Positions 26,440 to 36,286 are shown, counted from the stretch's first letter. The stretch: 43,242 nucleotides of DNA from Nitrospirota bacterium (GCA_040754455.1 JBFMCP010000028.1:1-43242), one strand, 5' to 3'. Program-made: numbers and translations. Notes: generated by a model from the sequence alone, not told the origin.

Positions 26440-26607
26440 TTATGACTTTTTACTCGTCTTCGCAAAAAAGCCGGTAAGCTTTTTCGTCGTAGCGTCACTC
26501 TGACAGTGCGGGCAACTAATCTTCGATACGGTGCCAGCCTCTTTGAGCGACAAGAAGACAGTAAAGTCCTTTTTGCAGTCATTGCAGGTATATTCGTATG
26601 CCGGCAT
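26440..26607 (-). CDS. FmdB-family zinc-ribbon protein (55 aa, absent from the ORF track)
   Basis: MPAYEYTCNDCKKDFTVFLSLKEAGTVSKISCPHCQSDATTKKLTGFFAKTSKKS; AAGGAGG RBS. Confidence 0.9.
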   Translation of the reverse strand: MPAYEYTCNDCKKDFTVFLSLKEAGTVSKISCPHCQSDATTKKLTGFFAKTSKKS

Positions 26608-26654
26608 AGAGACCTCCTTTCAGACGCTCTGTTTCTGTTTACGGTATGAATAAA

Positions 26655-26906
26655 TCATATCACGGAACTGCGGCAAATTCGATATCCCTTGCTGCCGGGA
26701 GGGACAATCGTGCGCATGCGCTCCCGGAGCGTCAAAAAGTAGCAGTAACAAAACAGTTCCTCATCCGCAGGATACCCCTTCCGGAGGATCGCCTCCTCGG
26801 CATTTTTCAGGAAGAAGACCTTTCCAGAGGGCGTCAGCTTCTTTAAAATTTTCCGGATCTGCACGTTTTCGGCAGCCTTAGCAATCCGCAGGATATCTGA
26901 TACAAT
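26655..26906 (-). pseudogene. Possible degraded hypothetical gene
   Basis: Protein-like open frame (SDILRIAKAAENVQIRKILKKL...YCYFLTLRER) without a good start codon or RBS outside gltB. Confidence 0.3.
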
Positions 26907-26954
26907 TTGATTAAGAAAAAGAAAAGCGTCCGAAATCAACCAAAAGGTGCGTAT

Positions 26955-29900
26955 ATGCATAGTGCCCGCCATTCAGGCTCCTGCGGTGTCGGCTTTGTCT
27001 GTCATACGAAGGGGATAAAGAGCCATGACATTGTGGCATGGGGCGTCGAGGCAGTGAAGAACCTGACCCACCGCGGCGCTGTCGGCGCCGACGGCAAGAC
27101 AGGAGACGGTGCCGGCGTGCTCACCCAGATACCCCGGGCATTCTTCCAAAAGGAAATCGACAGGACCGGTGCAGTACTCTCTCACAGGAAAAACCTCGCG
27201 GTCGGCGTCTTCTTTCTTTATGAGGAAACAGAAGCAAGGATTGAAGCTGTTCTCAAACGATACCATTTCAGAATACTCGGATGGAGGGATGTCCCCACCA
27301 ATGACAGCGCCCTCGGCGAGTCCGCTCTCACTACGAAACCAAGGATACGACATCTTCTCCTCGATACGGCAGAGGTCGGGGAGGAGCGTAGAGAGATCAG
27401 CCTTTATCTTGCACGAAAGACAATCGAAAAAGAGTACGGCACAGCAGTGTATGTGCCTTCGCTCTCCGCAAAAACAATCGTCTACAAAGGGCTGCTGGTC
27501 GCCACCCACCTCGCAGAATTCTATCCTGATCTGGAAAGCCCTGACTTCGAATCCGTCTTCTGCCTCTTTCACCAGAGATTTTCGACCAACACGCTCCCTG
27601 ATTGGAATATCGCTCAGCCTTTCAGGGCACTTGCTCACAACGGCGAGATCAACACCATCCAGGGCAACAGGAATTGGATGCACTCCCTCGAGCATGAAGT
27701 CTGGCACGAGCGCTTCGGCAATGATAAAGAATTACTCAGGCCCCTCGTCCTCGATACCGAGAGCGACTCGGCATCTCTCGATAAGATCATAGAGCTGCTT
27801 ATGCTCTCGGGGCTCTCTCCTGCCCATGCCATTAATATGTGTATTCCGCCTGCATGGGAAAACGCGGCGCTGAATGAGCATGAGCGCGCCTTCTTCGAAT
27901 ACCAGTCGCTGCTCATGAAGCCTTGGGACGGGCCGGCTGCTGTGGTGCTCACCGACGGCGATACCGTAGCTGCCCATCTTGACCGCAACGGCCTCCGACC
28001 GCTCCGCTATGCACTGACAGAGGACGGCATCATTGTTCTGGGCTCGGAGATCGGCATGGTCGACCCCGGCAGGACCATCATAGAGAAAGGGAGGCTGGGT
28101 CCCGGCGAAACCATTGCGGCGGACCCTTCACAGGGGATATTGAAGCACACCGATGCAATCATCAGGGAGCTCGCCGCACAACAGCCCTACAAAGAATGGA
28201 TCGACCGCTCCCTCCTCCGGATCAAAGCGCGGAGAGTCCCTACTCCGAAAAGCGATCGTGAGCTCATGCGAAAGCAGATCGCCTTCGGCTATACTGCCGA
28301 GGAAATCCAGACCCCCTTGACGGCAATGGCAACAACAGCAAGAGAGATGACCTATTCAATGGGAGATGATACGCCCCTCCCCCCTCTCGCAAAGAACCCA
28401 CCGCTCCTTTTCAGGTACTTCAAACAGAAGTTTTCACAAGTGACCAACCCCCCTATCGACTATATACGGGAACGGAGGGTAATGTCCCTCGTCATGAACG
28501 CTGGCTACAAGCGGAATTTTCTCCGCGAAGACCCTGAAAAGGCGCGACGGCTCCATCTCGGATCACCCGTGCTCCTCGGGGGAGACATGTGGGAGATCGA
28601 GGGCCAAACCACCGTGACTTTTATGCGGATACTGACGACCTTTCCCTGCTCTGTCCCCTTGCCGTTCCTTGCGCATGTGATCCCTGTTCTTCGGGAGCAG
28701 GTCGTCAAGGCAGTGGAAGGCGGCACCGAGCTCATCATTCTCTCGGATATCGATATCGCGCGAAGCCGGGCGGCGCTGCCGTCACTGCTCGCCGTGTCAG
28801 CCGCCTTCAAGGCCCTCCAGAAGAAAAATCTTGCGAACAGGGCAAGCATCATCGTCGAGACCGGAGAAGCACGGGACATCCACCATATCGCCTGTCTCAT
28901 CGGCTACGGCGCCTCGGCAGTCTACCCCTATCTCGCCTTGCAGACCATCAACGACCTCTGCCGCAAAGGGGAGATCGCCCTTCCCTATGAAGAAGCAGCG
29001 CTCAATTATAAAAAAGCCCTTGAAGACGGCCTGCTCAGAGTCATCGCTCGGATGGGCATCTCCACCCTCAACTCCTACCACGGCGCACAGCTCTTCGATA
29101 CAATCTGCCTGAACAAAGAGGTCGTCGACGAGTTCTTTACCGGAACGCCGGTCACGGTCGAGGCGGACGGGCTGGTCGAAATAGAAGAGTCGCTGCTCGA
29201 CCGGCATAATGCCGGCTTTGAAGTCCGGAACCCGGCGCTCGATTATGGAGGCGATCTGCGCTACCGGAAAGAGGGGGAGTGGCACGCCTGGTCAGCCTCC
29301 TCGGTAGCTGCCCTGAACAAATTCATTAAGGCGCCTGATCACGCTTCTTTCAAATCTTTTGTCAGAACCTCCTACGAGCACCCGATCTTTCTACGCCATC
29401 TGCTCGGCTACAAGAGAGGGTACAGCATCAACCCCGAAGAGGTTGAACCGGAAGAAGCGATCCTCGCCCGTTTTTTTTCAGGGGCCATGTCGATCGGCGC
29501 GCTCTCGCCCGAGGCACATGAGACCATTGCAGAGGCCTGCAACCTCCTGGGCATCAAGAGCAACAGCGGCGAAGGCGGCGAAGACCCGGCGCGTTACTGG
29601 GGGATCAGGAACAGCGCCATAAAGCAGGTCGCCTCGGGCAGGTTCGGAGTGACCCCTGCCTATCTCGCCTCGGCAAAGGAGCTCGAAATCAAGATCGCCC
29701 AGGGAGCGAAACCAGGAGAGGGCGGGCATCTGCCGGCGAACAAGGTAACCGGCTATATCGCCATGCTCAGGCATTGCAATCCCGGCATCCTCCTCATCTC
29801 ACCGCCACCCCACCATGATATTTACTCGATCGAGGATCTCGCCCAGCTCATCAATGATCTCAAAGAGGCGAACCCTGCGGCAAAGGTCTGTGTGAAGCTG

Positions 29901-31307
29901 GTGGCGCAGACAGGGGTCGGCACTGTTGCGGCAGGTGTTGCAAAAGCCTATGCGGATATCATCCAGATCAGCGGCTGCGAAGGCGGCACCGGCGCCTCTC
30001 CTCTCGGTTCCATACGAAATGCGGGCGGCTATTGGGAGATAGGCCTTCTGGAAACACAACGGGTATTAATCCAAAACGGCCTGCGCCAGCGGGTCACCCT
30101 CAGGGTAGACGGATGTCTGCGGACCGGCAGGGATATTCTCGTTGCCGCACTGCTCGGCGCCGAAGAGTTCGGCTTCGGCACTGCCACGATGATCGCTACC
30201 GGTTGTGTTATGGCCCGGCAGTGCCATTCAAACACCTGCCCGACCGGCATCGCCACGCAGGACGAACGATTGAGGAGGAAGTTCAGAGGCACGGTCGAGG
30301 GGGTAACGGCCTTCTTCCGCATGCTCGCCCGGGACACGAGGGAGCGGCTCGCGGAAATGGGCTACCGCAGCATTGACGAAGTGATCGGGCGGACCGATCT
30401 CCTTACCACTGCTGCAGCCTCCACCTATCCGGGCAATCACGGTGCGCGACGGGTCAACCTCGCCCCGCTCTTTGCCGATTATCCCGAGCGCTACCGCGCC
30501 GAATGCTTCAGAAAGGGTTCTGCAGCGGAGCGGAACGATAATCCGGCATACGCTTCGTCGCTCAATCAGCAGCTGGTCGACGAGCTGCTGCCCTTTATCG
30601 AGAAGGGCAAGCCCATTCAGCGCGAGTACCCCATACGCAATGTCCACCGGAGCGTCCCTGCACGTCTCAACTATCATATTGCACTGCGCTACAGAGATGA
30701 GGGTCTCCCCCCTGATACCCTTCAGCTCACCTTCAGGGGTACGGCAGGGCAGAGCTTCGGCGCCTTTAATCACCGGGGTGTGTCGCTGACGCTGATCGGC
30801 GATGCAAACGATTACGTCGGAAAGGGAATGTTCGGAGGAAGAATCGTCATAAAACCTTCGGATGTCAAAGACCCGCATCGTCACGTGCTCGTAGGGAACA
30901 CCGATCTTTACGGCGCCATAGGAGGCAACTTCTATGCAGCGGGACGTGCAGGGGAGCGTTTTGGCGTGCGGAACAGCGGCGCTGTCGCCGTGGTGGAGGG
31001 CGCCGGCCACCACCTCTGCGAGTATATGACAAGGGGAACGGTCGTCGTCCTGGGGAGCGTCGGCTATAACATCGGTGCCGGCATGACCGGCGGCGTCATC
31101 TATCTCCTTGACGAGCGCGCAACGGCGGCAACAAACCTCAATCCTCACTATGTCAAAGCAGAGGCGCTCGAGACTGAAGACGAAATGACTGCCCTGCGTA
31201 CACTCATACAGGACCATTACCGCTACACCGAAAGCCCCCGAGCCGGAACACTCCTCTCTGATTTCGACCGGCTCGCAACACGTTTTATAAAAATCGTTCC
31301 GTTGTAG
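26955..31307 (+). CDS. gltB: Glutamate synthase large subunit
   Basis: SCGVGF (Ntn Cys1 after processing), HRGA, HQRFSTNT, HNGEINT, PWDGPA, QVASGRFGV, QGAKPGEGG and CVMARQCHSNTC [3Fe-4S]. Confidence 0.98.
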   Translation: MHSARHSGSCGVGFVCHTKGIKSHDIVAWGVEAVKNLTHRGAVGADGKTGDGAGVLTQIPRAFFQKEIDRTGAVLSHRKNLAVGVFFLYEETEARIEAVLKRYHFRILGWRDVPTNDSALGESALTTKPRIRHLLLDTAEVGEERREISLYLARKTIEKEYGTAVYVPSLSAKTIVYKGLLVATHLAEFYPDLESPDFESVFCLFHQRFSTNTLPDWNIAQPFRALAHNGEINTIQGNRNWMHSLEHEVWHERFGNDKELLRPLVLDTESDSASLDKIIELLMLSGLSPAHAINMCIPPAWENAALNEHERAFFEYQSLLMKPWDGPAAVVLTDGDTVAAHLDRNGLRPLRYALTEDGIIVLGSEIGMVDPGRTIIEKGRLGPGETIAADPSQGILKHTDAIIRELAAQQPYKEWIDRSLLRIKARRVPTPKSDRELMRKQIAFGYTAEEIQTPLTAMATTAREMTYSMGDDTPLPPLAKNPPLLFRYFKQKFSQVTNPPIDYIRERRVMSLVMNAGYKRNFLREDPEKARRLHLGSPVLLGGDMWEIEGQTTVTFMRILTTFPCSVPLPFLAHVIPVLREQVVKAVEGGTELIILSDIDIARSRAALPSLLAVSAAFKALQKKNLANRASIIVETGEARDIHHIACLIGYGASAVYPYLALQTINDLCRKGEIALPYEEAALNYKKALEDGLLRVIARMGISTLNSYHGAQLFDTICLNKEVVDEFFTGTPVTVEADGLVEIEESLLDRHNAGFEVRNPALDYGGDLRYRKEGEWHAWSASSVAALNKFIKAPDHASFKSFVRTSYEHPIFLRHLLGYKRGYSINPEEVEPEEAILARFFSGAMSIGALSPEAHETIAEACNLLGIKSNSGEGGEDPARYWGIRNSAIKQVASGRFGVTPAYLASAKELEIKIAQGAKPGEGGHLPANKVTGYIAMLRHCNPGILLISPPPHHDIYSIEDLAQLINDLKEANPAAKVCVKLVAQTGVGTVAAGVAKAYADIIQISGCEGGTGASPLGSIRNAGGYWEIGLLETQRVLIQNGLRQRVTLRVDGCLRTGRDILVAALLGAEEFGFGTATMIATGCVMARQCHSNTCPTGIATQDERLRRKFRGTVEGVTAFFRMLARDTRERLAEMGYRSIDEVIGRTDLLTTAAASTYPGNHGARRVNLAPLFADYPERYRAECFRKGSAAERNDNPAYASSLNQQLVDELLPFIEKGKPIQREYPIRNVHRSVPARLNYHIALRYRDEGLPPDTLQLTFRGTAGQSFGAFNHRGVSLTLIGDANDYVGKGMFGGRIVIKPSDVKDPHRHVLVGNTDLYGAIGGNFYAAGRAGERFGVRNSGAVAVVEGAGHHLCEYMTRGTVVVLGSVGYNIGAGMTGGVIYLLDERATAATNLNPHYVKAEALETEDEMTALRTLIQDHYRYTESPRAGTLLSDFDRLATRFIKIVPL

Positions 31308-31329
31308 TGCAACGCTCACGGACTATCAG

Positions 31330-33861
31330 GTGGATGATATGAAAAATGCCGTTCTTCATCCGTTGAGAAAGAAATCCATACCATTCAAGACATCTGCGAT
31401 TTATGCGCTTATCGGGGGGCTGTGGATTCTGTTCTCAGATATGCTCGTTGCCGCTCTGTCACAGGACCCCGCTACCCTGAGCCGTCTTCAGACCTTTAAA
31501 GGCTGGTTCTTCGTCGCCGCAACAGCGCTCATGCTGTATGTACTCATTCGGCGCAGTGTTTCACTCTTCGAGGAGACCGAGCGGGCGCTGCGGGAGAGTG
31601 AAGAGAAGTTTACCGCCCTGGCCGAGCATGCCGCCTCTGCAGTCTTTATCTGCCGCGAACACTTCGTTTTCGTGAATAATGCAATGGAACGCCTTACCGG
31701 GTACAGCAGAGAAGAGCTTATGAAGATGAGCCTCTATGACATCGCCTCGCCCGAGTTCAGGGCTCTGGCAAAACAGTGCGGGGAGGGCTACCTTCGAGGC
31801 CCTCTCACCCCCGCACGGTACGAATTCACTATCCGGACAAAATCCGGAGAGGACCGCTGGGTCGACTTCACTGTGAGCTCAATACGGTACCGTGGGGCAA
31901 CAGCAATCGTCGGCACCGCCTTTGACATCACCGACCGCAAGCGGGCCGAGGCAGCGGTATGGGAGGCGAATCGCACCCTGAACTCGCTGATCCAGGCGGC
32001 TCCGCTCGCCATCATCGCCCTTGATACTGAGGGGAAAGTGACGCTCTGGAACCCTGCTGCCGAACGCATCTTCGGATGGAGCGCCCAGGAGGCCACAGGT
32101 AGACTCAACCCGATCGTGCCTGAGGACGAGAAGAAGGAATATCAGACTTTGAGAAGAAACGTGCTTCAGGGGGCGATTTTGACCGGCATCGAGCTGCGGC
32201 GGCAACGGAAAGACGGATCGCCCATCGATGTGAGCCTCTCCACTGCTCCACTGTACAGCGCGGAAGGCGCAATCGAAGGCACCATTATCCTGCTCTCGGA
32301 TATTACCGAAAGAAAACGGGCTGAAGAGGCCCGGCGTGAAAGCGAGGAACGCTACCGCATTATCGCCGAGGCAGCTCTGGATGCTATTATCACCATTGAC
32401 GAAGGGAGCACGATCCTGCTGATCAATCCGGCTGCAAAGCATATCTTCGGATATGAAATTGATGAGATGCTCGGCAAACCGCTCACTATGCTCATGCCCG
32501 AGCGCATGCGTCCGCTCCACCTCGCCGGGATACGGCGGCATATCACGACCGGAAGGCGGCACATGCCCTGGGGAGCGGTCGAGCTTCCCGGCCTGCACAA
32601 GGACGGCAGGGAGATACCCCTTGAGATATCCTACGGTGAATTTGTAAAAGGGGGGCGATACTTTTTCATCGGCATTGTCAGGGATATTACCGAAAAGAAA
32701 AAGCTGGAGCAGCAATTGATCCAGTCACAGAAAATGGAAGCAACAGGACAGCTCGCCGGCGGGATCGCCCATGACTTCAACAATATCATCACCGCGATCA
32801 TCAGCTACGGCAGCCTCATGCAGATGTCCGTGAAGGAAGATGACCCCTTGCGTCCCTATGTAGAACAGGTGCTGATGCTCGCCGACAGGGCCGCGCACCT
32901 GACGCAGAGCCTCCTCGCCTTCAGCCGCAAGCAGATCATGAACCCGACAGAGGTCGATCTGAATGAAATCATCAGGAAGGTGGAGAAGCTCCTGCTGCGG
33001 CTCATCAGTGAGGATATCAAGTTGAGAACGATTCTTACCGACGAACCGTTGATGATCATGGCGGACAGCGTGCAGATCGAGCAGGCGCTCATGAATCTTA
33101 CCACCAATGCACGCGATGCCATGCCCGAAGGCGGCACCATCATCATCAGCACGAACCGCCAGGAGATCACCGAAGCATTCACAAGAGCCCACGGCTTCGG
33201 CACTCCCGGACGGTATGCCCTCCTCTCGTTTACCGATACCGGGACCGGCATGGACGAGCAGACGAGGCAGAGGGCCTTCGAACCTTTTTTCACAACGAAA
33301 GAGATCGGCAGGGGAACCGGCCTCGGACTTTCCATTGTCTACGGCATCATCAAACAGCATAACGGGTACATCAGCCTGTACAGCGAGCCGGGGAAAGGCA
33401 CCACCTTCAAAATCTACCTGCCGCTTCTCAGGCAAAAGCACGAGGAGCAGGCACCGGCAATGCCGGCGGCCCTTACGAGGGGGACCGAGACTGTGCTTTT
33501 GGCGGAGGACGAGACAGAGGTGCGGAAAACCACAAAAACAGTGCTCGAAAGTCTCGGCTACACCGTTATAGAGGCAGCGGACGGGGCGGAGGCGCTCCGT
33601 GCATTCTACGAGCATCAGGACCGCATCCAGCTCCTCATCCTCGATGTCGCTCTGCCCCAGAGAAACGGCAGAGAAGTATATGACGAGATACGGGCGACGA
33701 ACCCTGATATCAAGGTGCTCTTTACAAGCGGCTATACTTCGGATATCATGCATACAAGAGGCATCCTCGAAGAGGGGTTGTCCTTCATTTCGAAACCCTA
33801 CGCTCCCCATGAACTTTCAGAGAAGATAAGAAAGGTCCTGGAATATGAACCGGCACGATAG
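31330..33861 (+). CDS. Membrane-anchored hybrid histidine kinase (2 TM, 3 PAS, HisKA, HATPase, REC)
   Basis: LWILFSD/KGWFFV TM pair, three PAS/PAC ending DIT, AGGIAHDFNN H-box, NARDAM, GTGLGL, C-terminal LLAED...LILD receiver. Confidence 0.95.
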   Translation: MDDMKNAVLHPLRKKSIPFKTSAIYALIGGLWILFSDMLVAALSQDPATLSRLQTFKGWFFVAATALMLYVLIRRSVSLFEETERALRESEEKFTALAEHAASAVFICREHFVFVNNAMERLTGYSREELMKMSLYDIASPEFRALAKQCGEGYLRGPLTPARYEFTIRTKSGEDRWVDFTVSSIRYRGATAIVGTAFDITDRKRAEAAVWEANRTLNSLIQAAPLAIIALDTEGKVTLWNPAAERIFGWSAQEATGRLNPIVPEDEKKEYQTLRRNVLQGAILTGIELRRQRKDGSPIDVSLSTAPLYSAEGAIEGTIILLSDITERKRAEEARRESEERYRIIAEAALDAIITIDEGSTILLINPAAKHIFGYEIDEMLGKPLTMLMPERMRPLHLAGIRRHITTGRRHMPWGAVELPGLHKDGREIPLEISYGEFVKGGRYFFIGIVRDITEKKKLEQQLIQSQKMEATGQLAGGIAHDFNNIITAIISYGSLMQMSVKEDDPLRPYVEQVLMLADRAAHLTQSLLAFSRKQIMNPTEVDLNEIIRKVEKLLLRLISEDIKLRTILTDEPLMIMADSVQIEQALMNLTTNARDAMPEGGTIIISTNRQEITEAFTRAHGFGTPGRYALLSFTDTGTGMDEQTRQRAFEPFFTTKEIGRGTGLGLSIVYGIIKQHNGYISLYSEPGKGTTFKIYLPLLRQKHEEQAPAMPAALTRGTETVLLAEDETEVRKTTKTVLESLGYTVIEAADGAEALRAFYEHQDRIQLLILDVALPQRNGREVYDEIRATNPDIKVLFTSGYTSDIMHTRGILEEGLSFISKPYAPHELSEKIRKVLEYEPAR

Positions 33862-34972
33862 CCATACGCTCCTCCTTGTCGATGACGATACGTTTGTGCT
33901 CAATGCCGCTGACCTGCTATTGAAGGGCGCCACGTACAATGTTATCCCCAGCGAAACCGCACAGCGCGCCCTCGTGCAGTTTCAGGAGAACAGCGTCGAT
34001 GTCGTGATAACGGATATCAAGATGCCGGTCATGTCGGGCATTGAGCTGCTCGAACGGATTCGCACGCTCAATCCCGAGGTGCCGGTGATCCTGATGACCG
34101 CCTATGCCGAGCTGGATGTTGCCATCGATGCAATAAAAAAAGGCGCCTTTGACTTCATCACCAAACCTTTCAAGCCCCAGCAGCTGCTGCACTCGGTCGA
34201 AAAGGCGGTCAGGTACCGGCACCTCTTGCAGGTTGAGAAAGATTACAAGCGTATCCTGGAAGAGTTCAACCAGGAAATGGAAACCCTGGTCGCAGAGCGG
34301 ACCATGAGCCTGATGTCCCTTGCCATAGCCGACAAAGTGAGGAATCCTGCCGCTGCCATCGGATGGACAGGGCGAAGGCTTCTTGAGAAAGAGCAGCTGC
34401 CGGACCGGGCGCGTGAAGGCATCAAGGAAATCATTGTCCAGGCGGAAAAGCTTGAGGCCATCGTCAAAGACTTCCATACCTTCCTCAAGAACAGGCAGTC
34501 GATGTTCAAGTACGAAGACATCAACGAAATCGTTCGTGATGTCGTATCGGTTGTTGCACGAGAGGCCGCAGACAGAAAGGTGCTGCTGAAAGCGCAGCTC
34601 GCGGAGCAGCCGCTGAAGATCAATGCCCAGAGGAGCCTGCTCAGGGTCGCGGTCTTTCATATCCTGAGGAATGCCGTCGAAGCAGTGCCTGAGAACGGAT
34701 GGGTCGAGGTGACGACCTCCGGCGACAAGGACAACGTGGTCCTTACGGTTGCGGATTCAGGCCCCGGGATATCTGAGAGCGATATTGACAAGATATTCGA
34801 ACCCTTCTTCAGCACGAAGAAACGCAAATTCGGTATGGGATTGCCTCTCGCGAAGCAGATCATAACAGAGCATCTGGGCAGCATCACCGTAGAAAGCGAG
34901 CCGGGGAAAGGCACCACCTTCAGAGTGCTCTTCCCTTCCCGCTGGCTCGAAAAAATACAGGCAGGGACATGA
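33845..34972 (+). CDS. REC-HisKA-HATPase protein with degenerate H-box
   Basis: LLVDDD, ITDIKMP, FITKP receiver; H-box reads IADKVRNP; NAVEA, DSGPGI, FEPFFST, GMGL. Confidence 0.88.
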   Translation: MNRHDSHTLLLVDDDTFVLNAADLLLKGATYNVIPSETAQRALVQFQENSVDVVITDIKMPVMSGIELLERIRTLNPEVPVILMTAYAELDVAIDAIKKGAFDFITKPFKPQQLLHSVEKAVRYRHLLQVEKDYKRILEEFNQEMETLVAERTMSLMSLAIADKVRNPAAAIGWTGRRLLEKEQLPDRAREGIKEIIVQAEKLEAIVKDFHTFLKNRQSMFKYEDINEIVRDVVSVVAREAADRKVLLKAQLAEQPLKINAQRSLLRVAVFHILRNAVEAVPENGWVEVTTSGDKDNVVLTVADSGPGISESDIDKIFEPFFSTKKRKFGMGLPLAKQIITEHLGSITVESEPGKGTTFRVLFPSRWLEKIQAGT

Positions 34973-35331
34973 AAGACAGAATCTTGTTTATCCGGGGAAT
35001 AGAACTATTCAATCGCGGCGAGTTCTTTGAAGCTCATGAGACGTGGGAAAAATTATGGAGGGCTGCAGCCGGCCGGGACGAAAGAATGTTTTTCCAGGGC
35101 ATGATCATGATCGCAGCGGGCCTGCATCATTACCGGAAACAAGAGTATGCAGGGATGGTCCGGCTGATCGAGAAGGGGACGACGCTGTTGAAAGAGTCAG
35201 GATATAGCACCGCGCTATTCGACAAAGAGATGTTTCTTGCGGAGGTAAGATTGTTCTACGTGCAGTTCACGTCGGGAGCAGAATTGTATGCTGATGCGTT
35301 TCCCCGTATAAGGACGGCAGCGTATAAATAG
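34969..35331 (+). CDS. DUF309-family protein
   Basis: GIELFNRGEFFEAHETWEKLW...FQGMI..AAGLHH. Confidence 0.9.
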   Translation: MKDRILFIRGIELFNRGEFFEAHETWEKLWRAAAGRDERMFFQGMIMIAAGLHHYRKQEYAGMVRLIEKGTTLLKESGYSTALFDKEMFLAEVRLFYVQFTSGAELYADAFPRIRTAAYK

Positions 35332-35376
35332 CCACCCGCTTGTCATGATCAGACGAAATAAGATAATCTGAAAGCC

Positions 35377-36009
35377 ATGGACAAACAGGAAAAGGTCCTC
35401 GAAATCATCAAGCGGCTCAAAAAAATCTATCCTGAGCCAAGGACCGCTCTGCACTTCAAGACCCCCTTCGAACTCCTCGTTGCAACCATCCTCTCGGCGC
35501 AGAACACCGACGCAGGGGTGAACAAAGTGACCGAGAGCCTCTTTAAGAAATACCGGACGGTCAAGGACTACGCCGAGGCCCCTCTCGAAGTATTCCAGGA
35601 AGATATCAGGACGATCAACTTCTATCGGGGGAAGGCGGCGAGCATCAAAAAAGCAGCACAAATGATCATCGAACAGTTCAACGGTAAAGTGCCGCGTACC
35701 ATGGCGGAGCTCATCACCCTCCCTGGTATCGCCCGGAAGTCCGCGAACGTGATCCTCAACGGCGCCTACGGCGTCAACGAGGGCATCGCCGTCGACACCC
35801 ACGTCAAACGGCTCGCCCAGCGACTGGGGCTCACCTCGAACGGGGACCCGGTAAAGATCGAGGCCGATTTGATGGCGATCACCCCGCAGAAGGAGTGGGG
35901 CAACCTCTCGCACCTACTGATCTTCCATGGCAGGAATATCTGCATCGCAAAAAAGCCGAAGCACCGGGAATGCGTGCTCTACGACATCTGCCCGTCGAGA
36001 AATATATAA
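35377..36009 (+). CDS. nth: Endonuclease III
   Basis: FELLVATILSAQ, HhH LPGIARKSAN, AVDTHV, C-terminal Fe-S motif with one His. Confidence 0.96.
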   Translation: MDKQEKVLEIIKRLKKIYPEPRTALHFKTPFELLVATILSAQNTDAGVNKVTESLFKKYRTVKDYAEAPLEVFQEDIRTINFYRGKAASIKKAAQMIIEQFNGKVPRTMAELITLPGIARKSANVILNGAYGVNEGIAVDTHVKRLAQRLGLTSNGDPVKIEADLMAITPQKEWGNLSHLLIFHGRNICIAKKPKHRECVLYDICPSRNI

Positions 36010-36079
36010 AACAAAGATCAAAGAACAAAAATAAAGTTAAGGATTCTTTGTTTTTTATTCTGCTTTTCAAATTGTGATT
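36010..36079. repeat. Heptamer-repeat element (NNCAAAR family) between convergent nth and CBS genes
   Basis: Left aacaaag-atcaaag-aacaaaa-ataaag; T-rich complementary right arm ctttgtt-ttttatt-ctgcttt. Confidence 0.55.
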
Positions 36080-36286
36080 TTATTTATGGCTCATGAACTC
36101 CGGCTCGACAAAGGACTTGAGAATGTCGGAACGTGCAATGATGCCTACCAGATATCCCCGCTCGGTCACCGGCATGCCGCTGTACGCGCCGGAGAGCATC
36201 TGCAGGGCGATATCCCTTGCCGAGGCGTTCTGCAGTGCCGAATTAACCGGCCTCGTCATGATGTCCCGCGCCGTAAGGTCTCTCAT
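36080..36286 (-). CDS. Single-CBS-domain protein, probably an internally deleted CBS pair
   Basis: TARDIMTRPV...SGMPVTERGYLVGIIARSDIL; only 68 aa. Confidence 0.65.
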   Translation of the reverse strand: MRDLTARDIMTRPVNSALQNASARDIALQMLSGAYSGMPVTERGYLVGIIARSDILKSFVEPEFMSHK

